DNA of 64,000 nucleotides from Dehalococcoidia bacterium (GTDB lineage: Bacteria; Chloroflexota; Dehalococcoidia; SM23-28-2; WHTN01). Of the stretch, positions 9,511 to 17,292 are shown in pieces. The stretch covers positions 2,764 to 66,763 of the forward strand of contig WHTN01000005.1 of assembly GCA_009377715.1 (NCBI GenBank), in the 5' to 3' direction. The notes beneath the pieces are model-generated. The model searched no databases, was not told the origin of the DNA, and saw only the letters and a list, made by a program, of their open reading frames with translations. A program made the translations under genes and the position numbers. Position 1 is the stretch's first letter; each line of letters starts with the position of its first letter.

Positions 9511-9539
9511 TTGACAGCGTAGAGCCGATTCCGTACATT
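9511..9539 (+). promoter_or_regulatory. Candidate promoter of infC-rpmI-rplT
   Basis: TTGACA (9511-9516), a 17-nt spacer, then TACATT (9534-9539). Confidence 0.4.
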
Positions 9540-9566
9540 TGCTAATGGGAGAGGTGATAAAGAAAC

Positions 9567-10163
9567 TTGCCAAATAATAATAATAGGACTCCAGTCCCAA
9601 CAACAAGAATTAACGAGAAAATAAGGGTACCGGAGGTACGTCTTATAGGGCCGGAGGGTGAGAACCTGGGTGTGATGCCAACTAGCCAGGCCCTTACCAT
9701 GGCGCGGGAGTCCGATCTCGATTTAGTGGAAGTCGCTGCGAACGCTAACCCTCCTGTATGTCGCATCCTGGATTTCGGTAAATTCCGTTATGAGCAGTCC
9801 AAGAAGGAAAAGGAAGCTCGTAAGCATCAGCACGGCATGACCATGCATGAAGTGAGGATGTCGCCTAAGATCGGCGAACATGATATGGCCTTCAAGCTAA
9901 AAACGGCGGAGCGGTTGTTGAGCGAAGGCGATCGCGTTAAGGTCACAGTCCGCTTTCGTGGCCGAGAGATGGCTCACCTGGACATAGGCCGGGACATCCT
10001 TAATCGCGCTTCCGACAAGCTGAAGTCTGTAGCGAGCGTGGAGAGGCCGCCAAACCTTGAAGGCCGCTTTATGAGCATGATCATGGTGCCGACTGTGAAG
10101 AAAACGACAATAAAAGCTAAGAATGAAACTGAGGAGCGAGAAGTTGCCGAAGCAGAAGCTTAA
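9567..10163 (+). CDS. infC: Translation initiation factor IF-3 (TTG start)
   Basis: INEKIRVPEVRLIGPEGENLGVM...DLDLVEVAANANPPVCRILDFGKFRYE. An in-frame TAA at 9558 leaves TTG 9567 as the first start. A GGGAGAGGTGA Shine-Dalgarno lies at 9547-9557. Confidence 0.9.
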   Translation: MPNNNNRTPVPTTRINEKIRVPEVRLIGPEGENLGVMPTSQALTMARESDLDLVEVAANANPPVCRILDFGKFRYEQSKKEKEARKHQHGMTMHEVRMSPKIGEHDMAFKLKTAERLLSEGDRVKVTVRFRGREMAHLDIGRDILNRASDKLKSVASVERPPNLEGRFMSMIMVPTVKKTTIKAKNETEEREVAEAEA

Positions 10164-10353
10164 GAGCCATTCGGGCGCCAAGAAACGTATCGGAATGACA
10201 GGGAGGGGAAAGTTCATGCGCCCCAAGGGTAACCAGAGTCATTTGCGCACGCGGCGTTCCAACCGTGCGAAAGGGCTGTACGACGAGATGTTGCCCGTAT
10301 CCCCCAGCGCTGTTAAGATGCTCAAGCGTGTGCTGCCGTACGGAGTACGGTAG
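10144..10353 (+). CDS. rpmI: 50S ribosomal protein L35 (probable TTG start inside the infC 3' end)
   Basis: (M)PKQKLKSHSGAKKRIGMTGRGKFMRPKGNQSHL. GAGGAG at 10131-10136 lies 7 nt upstream of TTG 10144. The alternative ATG at 10123 lacks a Shine-Dalgarno and would add 7 atypical residues. Confidence 0.88.
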   Translation: MPKQKLKSHSGAKKRIGMTGRGKFMRPKGNQSHLRTRRSNRAKGLYDEMLPVSPSAVKMLKRVLPYGVR

Positions 10354-10368
10354 CACAGAAAGAACATC

Positions 10369-10431
10369 TGTAGGGACAGAGCTAAAGCTCTGTCCGCCGG
10401 TTTGGACAAGACGTGAAAGTCTGTCCCTACA
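10369..10431 (+). repeat. Double-hairpin intergenic element (TGTAGGGACAG family), copy 1
   Basis: GGACAGAGC-taaa-GCTCTGTCC (10374-10395) and GGACAAGAC-gtgaaa-GTCTGTCC (10404-10426), framed by TGTAGG...CCTACA. Same architecture as 21734-21792. Confidence 0.7.
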
Positions 10432-10450
10432 TAAAAACTAGAGGTATTCC

Positions 10451-10804
10451 ATGAGTAGAGTTAAACGGGGCGTTACTGCCCGTCACCGACATAAGAAGAT
10501 CATAGCCCTAGCGAAGGGCCATCGTGGCGTCCGGCATCGCCTGTTCCGCAGAGCGAACGAATCGGTCCTGCACGCTCTGGACTATTCGTACGAGCATCGC
10601 CGCGAGCGTAAAGGCCAATTCCGCCGGCTTTGGATCGCGCGCATCAACGCTGCTGCCCGCGCTAACGGTATCACTTACGGCAACCTTATTAACGGCCTGA
10701 AGCGGGCGGGCATTGAACTCGACCGTAAAGTTCTCGCCGATCTTGCAGTTCGGGATGCCAGCGCCTTTAGTAAGATAGCTGAAAGCGCCACTCGCCGCAG
10801 CTAG
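10451..10804 (+). CDS. rplT: 50S ribosomal protein L20
   Basis: [26 protein letters not shown]...[13 protein letters not shown]. Confidence 0.95.
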   Translation: MSRVKRGVTARHRHKKIIALAKGHRGVRHRLFRRANESVLHALDYSYEHRRERKGQFRRLWIARINAAARANGITYGNLINGLKRAGIELDRKVLADLAVRDASAFSKIAESATRRS

Positions 10805-10824
10805 CTAGCCCTTAGCTTTTAAAA

Positions 10825-10856
10825 GAAAAGACGGCATTACGTCGTCTTTTTCTTTG
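10825..10856 (+). terminator. Rho-independent terminator after rplT
   Basis: Stem aaaagacg / cgtctttt followed by a T-run (10847-10855). Confidence 0.5.
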
Positions 10857-10924
10857 CTTAACTATAGCGATTAATGCTAATATACGTATGCACCATTGCT
10901 GTATATATGATAACCTGATCGCAA

Positions 10925-11947
10925 ATGCTCCCGCGAACTTTAGTCCTGTTCTCACTCATCGCCGTCACAGTCCTTGGCGTGCCCTATACGGCCCGCCCGT
11001 CCGAAGCCGAGCCTATCGTTACCGTGGATCTGGTGGCCGGCTGGAACCTCTTCTCTTACTTAGGGCCTACTATGCCGCTCCCCGGCGCCTTGAGCGAGAT
11101 CGAGGGCCAATATACTACCGTAGCGACCTTGCAGGGCGAGGAATGGGATAGCTTCGATCCAGCCTCGCCGCCTGAATTAAACGACCTCACCGAATTGATC
11201 CAGTACGATGCCTACCTGATCAATATGCAATCGTCTGCCATTCTAAACTTCGACCTCGGCTTAGGGACGCCGTCGCCAACGGCTTCGTCCACGATTACTC
11301 CTTCGCCAACGCCTACTAGCACTGTCACAACGACTCCTACAGCCACGCCGACTATTACGCCAACCCCGACATGCGGTTTCGAAGCTGTTAACGCGACCAT
11401 GTACGAAACGCTTAGTACTCTGCACTTGGTGGGCGAGGTCAGAAACAACAATCCCTTCCACGCGAGGTCGGTTGAGATAAGCGCTATCTTCTACGATAAC
11501 TTCGGTGAGATCGTGGCTACAGATTCTACATTCGCCTGCCTTAGCATTGTCCCCGCTTTCGACGATTCTCCCTTCCACTTAGTCGATATAAGCGCGCCGG
11601 ACAACGTGGACAGTTACGTCGTTCGCGTTACCGGTGAAGTCAGCCCTCAAACGCCGCCATCGGGGCTCGAGTTCTCGGAGATCATCAACTTCTACGATAG
11701 TTATAGTGCGAGCCATCAGGTACTCGGCGAGGTGGCTAATCAGCACCCAAACGAAACCTACGATTCTGTGAAAGTGTGCGGCGCACTTTACAACTCTGAG
11801 GGCGATGTTGTGCGTTCTGGATCGGCGGACGTAAGTCCAGACCTCTTACAGCCTGGCCAGTTCGGCTCCTTCGACTACGTTGAATACAGCACCCAGGATG
11901 AGCCGCCCGGCTACCGGCTTTGGCTCGACGCCGTAACTATTGATTAG
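10925..11947 (+). CDS. Secreted protein: signal peptide, shared N-domain, Thr/Pro/Ser linker and two tandem FxLYD-like domains
   Basis: EPIVTVDLVAGWNLFSYLGP...YDAYLINMQSSAILNFDLG is paralogous to 1777-2304. The linker is TPSPTASSTITPSPTPTSTVTTTPTATPTITPTPT. Two modules follow, of the form HLVGEVRNNNPF...AIFYDNFGEIV and VLGEVANQHPN...GALYNSEGDVV. Confidence 0.7.
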   Translation: MLPRTLVLFSLIAVTVLGVPYTARPSEAEPIVTVDLVAGWNLFSYLGPTMPLPGALSEIEGQYTTVATLQGEEWDSFDPASPPELNDLTELIQYDAYLINMQSSAILNFDLGLGTPSPTASSTITPSPTPTSTVTTTPTATPTITPTPTCGFEAVNATMYETLSTLHLVGEVRNNNPFHARSVEISAIFYDNFGEIVATDSTFACLSIVPAFDDSPFHLVDISAPDNVDSYVVRVTGEVSPQTPPSGLEFSEIINFYDSYSASHQVLGEVANQHPNETYDSVKVCGALYNSEGDVVRSGSADVSPDLLQPGQFGSFDYVEYSTQDEPPGYRLWLDAVTID

Positions 11948-11961
11948 ACGCCGGTAAGCGC

Positions 11962-14364
11962 TTACTGCCTCAGCTCAGCGCTCAGCTCTTTGCGCAAGCG
12001 TTCGATAATGCGATTGCGCTCCCGCTCGACTTCGCCATCCGTCAGCGTGTGGTCGTCCGCCTGATAACTTACCGAATAAGCCAGGGATTTCTTGCCCGGA
12101 GGGATAGGCTGGCCAGTATAAATGTCGAAGAGCGTTGCCGTCCGAACAAGAGGGAAGCTCTCGATGGCGGCTTTCACTTTGCCGGCTGGCGTATCCTCGC
12201 TAACAACCACGGCTATATCTTCGATAACGGAAGGGAAGCGGAGAATGGGACGATAGAGGCGCACGCCACCGATATGCGGGAGCAAAGCCTCAAGGCTGAT
12301 TTCGAACAGATAGACCTCCTGGCCGATGTCCCAAGCCCCCGTTACTTCCGGATGGAGTTGCCCGAGCACACCTATCCTCTCGCTTGCAACGGAAACTACG
12401 GCGGTTCGACCGGGGACAAGGGCGTATTCTTCGGCGGCCTCGTAAGTCTCTTGCAGGCCGAGGCGGGCTAAGACGTGCTCGACGTAACCCTTCGTGTCTT
12501 CGAAGCTTAAAGGCTCGCCATGAGGCTGTCCCCACCGGTCGAGACGACGTCCGCTGACAAGCCCAGCGACCATTTCGACCTCGTGTGGCAAGTCGCCCTC
12601 TTGGGCAAGATATACGCGTCCTGCCTCGAAGATCGCCATCGTTTCTCTTCCGTACCGCCTATTCGTGGCCAACGAGTCCAAAAGCGATACTCGTAGAGTC
12701 GGACGAAGTTGGTCTTGGTTCTTGCTCATGGGATTCGCCACGCGGACTGGCGGTCGCCAGGATAGTTCCTCCGGATCTACGACTTTGGAGAGTTTCTCCA
12801 TGTCCACTAGAGAATAGTTGATGACTTCTTGGAGGCCTGCGGCTACCAAGGCGTCCTGTACCATGCCTCGCAGTTCACGGTCAGGCTGCGGCTGAATGGA
12901 TGGTATCGGTCCTGTAAGGCTCGTGGAGGGTAGTTGGTCGTAGCCGATTATACGGCCTAACTCTTCGGCGATATCGTCCGGTATGCTTACGTCTGTACGC
13001 CAGTAGGGGACGCGCACCACGTAGTGGGCTGACGACACCCAGCGGCAGCCATAACCGAGAGCGGTGAGGGTCTGACGCACCTTGGTCGGGGGCAGGTCAA
13101 CGCCCAGGACGCGTTGCAGCCGTTCACGCGAGACCATGATGCGATGTACGCGCGCTTTGTTGGGATAGACGTCGATAATTCCTTTAGCGGCCCGTCCGCC
13201 CGTAAGCCCCAATAAGAGCTTCGTCGCCCGCTTTACGGCCACCATCGCCAGCTCTTGGCTCAGACCCTTTTCGAAACGTATCGACGCCTCTGTTCGCAGA
13301 CCCAAGGATGAGCTGGTCCGGCGGATGTTGACCGGATTAAAAGTGGCCGATTCGATAAGTATGCTGCTCGTCTTTTGGGTTACTTGAGTGGGGGCGCCTC
13401 CTATAATTCCGGCGAGCGCCATCGCCTTACTCGAATCGGCTATCACCAGCATGTCGGCGTTGAGGCTGCGTTCAACACTGTCCAGCGTCACAAGCTTTTC
13501 GTCAGAATGCGCTCTCCGCACGACTATTTTGCGATCACCAACGAGGTTGAGGTCGAAGGCGTGCAACGGCTGTCCAAGTTCGAGCATTACGTAGTTGGTG
13601 ACGTCGACGACGTTGTTAATAGGCCGCGATCCGCTGGCGCTTAGTTTCTCCTGGAGCCATTGTGGCGATGGCCCGACTTTGATGCCCTCTATTAGCGAGG
13701 CGCAATACCGGAAGCAAAGGTCGGAGTCAACGATAGCGACGGAGGCCAGTTCGCTTACCGCAGTGCCATCCTCCCAGTACGTATCGAGTGGCTCATGGAC
13801 TTCGTTGTTGGTAAGCGCGGCTACCTCCCTCGCTGTCCCAAGCACGGAGAGCAGGTCGCCTCGATTTGCCGTAACCTCGGTCTCAAGGATCACGTCGCCC
13901 ATGTATTGAGCTAGTAGCATGCCTATAGGAGCGTCCTCTGATAGCACGAGGATACCTTCATGCTGGTCGGACAAGCCCAGCTCTCTTTCGGAGCAGACCA
14001 TGCCCGCCGACTCGACACCTCTTATGACCGCTGGCATGAGTTCCATCGGCTGGCCGCTATGGCCGTCGATCAGCTTAGCGCCCTGGCGCGCGAACGCGAC
14101 CTTTTGGCCCGCGGCGACGTTGGGGGCGCCGCAGACTACCGTCATACGCTCCCCTTCGCCTAGATCTACTGTCGCCAGGCGGAGTCGGTCGGCGTTCGGG
14201 TGGGGGTTGACCTCTACCACATGGGCGACACTTACCTTATCCCAGTTGTGGCCGGAAGTTTCTACGAGGCTTTCCAGGCCGGCGAGCGTTAGGCGGTGGG
14301 CCAGTTCTCCGGCCGGCAAAGTGATATCGACATACTCTGAGAGCCACTTGAGTGGTATACGCAT
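11962..14364 (-). CDS. pheT: Phenylalanine--tRNA ligase beta subunit
   Basis: 800 aa. The order is tRNA-binding domain, B3/4, B5, then an FDX-ACB C-terminus (LFDIYTGQPIPPGKKSLAYSVSY). Confidence 0.97.
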   Translation of the reverse strand: MRIPLKWLSEYVDITLPAGELAHRLTLAGLESLVETSGHNWDKVSVAHVVEVNPHPNADRLRLATVDLGEGERMTVVCGAPNVAAGQKVAFARQGAKLIDGHSGQPMELMPAVIRGVESAGMVCSERELGLSDQHEGILVLSEDAPIGMLLAQYMGDVILETEVTANRGDLLSVLGTAREVAALTNNEVHEPLDTYWEDGTAVSELASVAIVDSDLCFRYCASLIEGIKVGPSPQWLQEKLSASGSRPINNVVDVTNYVMLELGQPLHAFDLNLVGDRKIVVRRAHSDEKLVTLDSVERSLNADMLVIADSSKAMALAGIIGGAPTQVTQKTSSILIESATFNPVNIRRTSSSLGLRTEASIRFEKGLSQELAMVAVKRATKLLLGLTGGRAAKGIIDVYPNKARVHRIMVSRERLQRVLGVDLPPTKVRQTLTALGYGCRWVSSAHYVVRVPYWRTDVSIPDDIAEELGRIIGYDQLPSTSLTGPIPSIQPQPDRELRGMVQDALVAAGLQEVINYSLVDMEKLSKVVDPEELSWRPPVRVANPMSKNQDQLRPTLRVSLLDSLATNRRYGRETMAIFEAGRVYLAQEGDLPHEVEMVAGLVSGRRLDRWGQPHGEPLSFEDTKGYVEHVLARLGLQETYEAAEEYALVPGRTAVVSVASERIGVLGQLHPEVTGAWDIGQEVYLFEISLEALLPHIGGVRLYRPILRFPSVIEDIAVVVSEDTPAGKVKAAIESFPLVRTATLFDIYTGQPIPPGKKSLAYSVSYQADDHTLTDGEVERERNRIIERLRKELSAELRQ

Positions 14365-14375
14365 CTAAGCCAGCC

Positions 14376-15416
14376 TTAAAACTGTTCGAGGAAACGGAGG
14401 TCGTTCTGGTAGAAGAGGCGTATGTCTTCGATATCGTGGCGCAGCATAGCCACACGCTCGACGCCCATGCCGAACGCGAAGCCGGTATAACGTTCGGGGT
14501 CATAGCCGACGTTGGCTAAAATCTCTGGATGCACCATCCCCGCCCCCATTATCTCGATCCAGCCTGCGCCCTTGCAGGTGGAGCAGCCTTCGCCGTTGCA
14601 GACGAAGCAGTCTATGGACATGTCTGCGCCGGGTTCTACGAAGGGAAAGTAATCGCAGCGAAAGCGCACGCGCCGCTCCTGTCCGAACAACTGCTGGGCG
14701 AATTCGTATAGAGTCCCTTTCAGGTCAGCCATGCTGATGCCCTCATCCACCGCTAGGCCTTCGACCTGCGTCAGCATCCACTCATGGGTAGCATCCGTCG
14801 CTTCGTAGCGGTAGCATTTGCCGGGCACAACGACCCTAATAGGGGGCTGCTGGCGTTCCATTACCCGCACCTGGTTCGGCGAGGTATGCGTGCGCAGAAG
14901 CATCGGCATACGCCCATCCCGGTGATAGTCGATCCACATCGTGTCCCACATATCGCGAGCGGGATGATGTTCCGGTATGCGCAACGCCTCGAAGTTGTAG
15001 TAGTCCCATTCCACCTCCGGCCCCTCCACCGCCTGGAAGCCCATTTTTTCGAAGCAAGCGACGATATCACGTTGTGTTTGCGTCACGGGGTGCAGCCGTC
15101 CCATGGGGATCGGCCGGCCCGGCAGCGTCACGTCGATGCGCCCTTGCTGGATGAACGTCTGCACATCCCGCTTGCGCAGCATGTCGCGACGTTCGGCCAG
15201 CGCCGTCTCAAGCGCCTCTCGCAAACGGTTGGCCGCGGCGCCGACTTGCTTTCGCTCTTCCAAGGGCAGGGCGGAGAGGCCGCGCAATATCTCTGTGAGG
15301 CGGCTGCGCCGGCCGAGGTAATTGACGCGCCAATCCTCCAGCGACGTCTCATCTGCGATCGCGGCAAGGCTATCGTTAGCCTGTGCTTCTAGGGTTTGCA
15401 GTTCACCGGTACTCAT
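14376..15416 (-). CDS. pheS: Phenylalanine--tRNA ligase alpha subunit
   Basis: 346 aa with [21 protein letters not shown] and GAGMVHP motifs. Confidence 0.97.
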   Translation of the reverse strand: MSTGELQTLEAQANDSLAAIADETSLEDWRVNYLGRRSRLTEILRGLSALPLEERKQVGAAANRLREALETALAERRDMLRKRDVQTFIQQGRIDVTLPGRPIPMGRLHPVTQTQRDIVACFEKMGFQAVEGPEVEWDYYNFEALRIPEHHPARDMWDTMWIDYHRDGRMPMLLRTHTSPNQVRVMERQQPPIRVVVPGKCYRYEATDATHEWMLTQVEGLAVDEGISMADLKGTLYEFAQQLFGQERRVRFRCDYFPFVEPGADMSIDCFVCNGEGCSTCKGAGWIEIMGAGMVHPEILANVGYDPERYTGFAFGMGVERVAMLRHDIEDIRLFYQNDLRFLEQF

Positions 15417-15430
15417 GAGCAGCTTCCAGC

Positions 15431-15459
15431 ATTATAGGGAGACCAAAAAACGCGGTCAA
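15431..15459 (-). promoter_or_regulatory. Near-consensus promoter very close to the pheS ATG
   Basis: On the minus strand, TTGACC (15459-15454), a 17-nt spacer, then TATAAT (15436-15431). Only 14 nt separate the -10 element from the ATG at 15416. Confidence 0.4.
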
Positions 15460-15479
15460 TGCGTTGCATGGGGGAGTCC

Positions 15480-15575
15480 GGGGCGCACAGCCGTGCGCCC
15501 CTACGTTACGCCGTCGCGTACATCGTAGGCCTAAAATAGCCGCGTGTGTAGGGGCACGGCATGCCGTGCCCCTAC
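15480..15575. repeat. GC-rich palindromic elements (GTAGGGGCACGGCATGCCGTGCCCCTAC family)
   Basis: A perfect 28-nt palindrome lies at 15548-15575. A related hairpin, GGGGCGCAC-agcc-GTGCGCCCC, lies at 15480-15501. A near-identical copy is at 49443-49470. Confidence 0.8.
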
Positions 15576-15628
15576 GTTTCGCAACGCACCTTCGCCGCAC
15601 AGGACTTGAACTTCCAATTTCGCTATCC

Positions 15629-15696
15629 GAAGCTGCAGGATTCATCCCCCAGTATATTCCATTCTCATCCGCTCACCCCGAGCCTATCGAGGGGTG
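15629..15696 (+). repeat. Composite intergenic module: GAAGCTGCAGGATTYATCC plus CCGCTCACCCCGAGC..TCGAGGGG
   Basis: gaagctgcaggattcatccccc (15629-15650) and ccgctcaccccgagcctatcgaggggtg (15669-15696). The same two motifs occur in the same order at 21631-21697. Confidence 0.75.
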
Positions 15697-15747
15697 TGGA
15701 CGTAACTCCTTAACAAAAACTTAATTTCTTTGCCTATCTGAAGCGCC

Positions 15748-15776
15748 TTGTCCGCTGTTTTTACGGCTGCTATACT
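15748..15776 (+). promoter_or_regulatory. Candidate promoter 14 nt upstream of the gatB ATG
   Basis: TTGTCC (15748-15753), a 17-nt spacer, then TATACT (15771-15776). No Shine-Dalgarno lies between it and the ATG at 15791. Confidence 0.4.
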
Positions 15777-15790
15777 CGCAACAGATAACA

Positions 15791-17281
15791 ATGACAATAG
15801 CCGCAAAGACTAAATACGAGACTGTAATAGGGCTTGAAGTCCACGCCCAACTCCTCACGAAGAGCAAGATGTTCTGCTCCTGCAGTGCCTCTTACTCCGA
15901 CGCGGCGCCGAATACTCATGTCTGCCCTGTCTGCCTGGGTATGCCGGGCGTTCTGCCCGTGATCAACCGCCAGGCCGTCGAATACACGATCATGACGGCA
16001 TTGGCGCTCAACTGCACTATCCCTGAAAACGCTAAATTCGACCGCAAGAACTATCCGTACCCCGATCTGGTGAAGGGGTACCAGATATCACAGTACGATA
16101 TGCCCTTTTCCCAAAATGGCTATCTGGACGTTGAGGTAGATGGCGCAACCACGCGCGTTGGTATAGCGCGGGTGCATCTCGAAGAAGATACGGCGCGCCT
16201 TCTCCACCGGCAGAATGCCGCCGGCGAAACGTACACCTTAATAGACGTGAACCGCTCTACTGCTCCGCTCATGGAGATCGTTTCGGAGCCCGACATGCGC
16301 TCTCCTGAGGAAGCGAGGGAGTACTTCGTTAAGCTGCGTCAGATCCTGCGGTACTTAGGCGTTTCGGCGGCCAACATGGAGGAGGGCAACTTTCGCTGCG
16401 ACGCTAACATCAGCATTCGCCCTGCCGGCAGCACAGAGTATATGAGCAAAGTCGAAGTAAAGAACATGAACAGCTTCCGCGCCGTTTATCAGGCGCTGCT
16501 ATACGAGGCCGATAGGCAGGTCGAGGTTGTAGAATCCGGCGGCCGCGTCGCTCAGGAGACGCGCGGCTGGGTCGATGGTGAAGGGCGGACAGTATCGCAG
16601 CGCAGCAAAGAGTACGCTCACGACTACCGTTACTTTCCTGAGCCAGACCTACTGCCGCTGAGCATCTCTCGAAAGTGGGTCGAGGAGATAAAAGCTAGCA
16701 TGCCCGAGTTGCCTGACGCTAAGCGCCAGCGTTTCATGGGCGAATACGGCCTCTCCGAATACGAAGTGAACCTGCTCGCCGAGACACGCGATCGATCGGA
16801 CTACTTCGAGGCTGCTGTTGCTGCGGGCTCCGGCGAGGGCGAGCCACGGCAAAAATTCGCGAAAGCCGTAAGCAATTGGATGGTCGGTGCGATGGCGCGC
16901 CTGCAAAACGCGTCCAACGTTGATATTAGGGATGTTCGCCTGCGCCCAACCTATCTGGCATCGATGGTAGACATGATCGAGAAGGGGGTTATCACGGGGA
17001 ACATCGCTAAGACAGTATTCGAAGAGATGTTCAACACTGGTAAATCCGCCCAGGACATTATCGCTGACCGTGGATTGATGCCCATTAGTAACTCGGATGA
17101 GCTAAAAAGCGTTGTACATAATGTGATAGAAGAAAATCCTAAACCAGCCCAAGATTATCTAGCCGGTAAGGAGGAAGCAGTTAAGTTCCTAGTTGGTCAG
17201 GTTATGCGGCAGACGAAGGGTCGAGCAGAGCCGGGCCTGGCTGCAGACCTTTTGCGAGAGGCGCTTGACGCTAGGCGTTAA
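15791..17281 (+). CDS. gatB: Asp-tRNA(Asn)/Glu-tRNA(Gln) amidotransferase subunit B
   Basis: YETVIGLEVHAQL...MFCSC...CPVCLGMPGVLPV...NLNRSGAPLMEI-type motifs, 496 aa. Confidence 0.97.
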   Translation: MTIAAKTKYETVIGLEVHAQLLTKSKMFCSCSASYSDAAPNTHVCPVCLGMPGVLPVINRQAVEYTIMTALALNCTIPENAKFDRKNYPYPDLVKGYQISQYDMPFSQNGYLDVEVDGATTRVGIARVHLEEDTARLLHRQNAAGETYTLIDVNRSTAPLMEIVSEPDMRSPEEAREYFVKLRQILRYLGVSAANMEEGNFRCDANISIRPAGSTEYMSKVEVKNMNSFRAVYQALLYEADRQVEVVESGGRVAQETRGWVDGEGRTVSQRSKEYAHDYRYFPEPDLLPLSISRKWVEEIKASMPELPDAKRQRFMGEYGLSEYEVNLLAETRDRSDYFEAAVAAGSGEGEPRQKFAKAVSNWMVGAMARLQNASNVDIRDVRLRPTYLASMVDMIEKGVITGNIAKTVFEEMFNTGKSAQDIIADRGLMPISNSDELKSVVHNVIEENPKPAQDYLAGKEEAVKFLVGQVMRQTKGRAEPGLAADLLREALDARR

Positions 17282-17292
17282 AACGCAAACGC

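Noticed and set aside
15417-15790. Possible CRISPR array or T-box leader upstream of pheS
   Set aside because: The repeats differ in sequence and are not regularly spaced with unique spacers, so this is not a CRISPR array. I could not find the T-box consensus or a specifier-loop layout on the minus strand.
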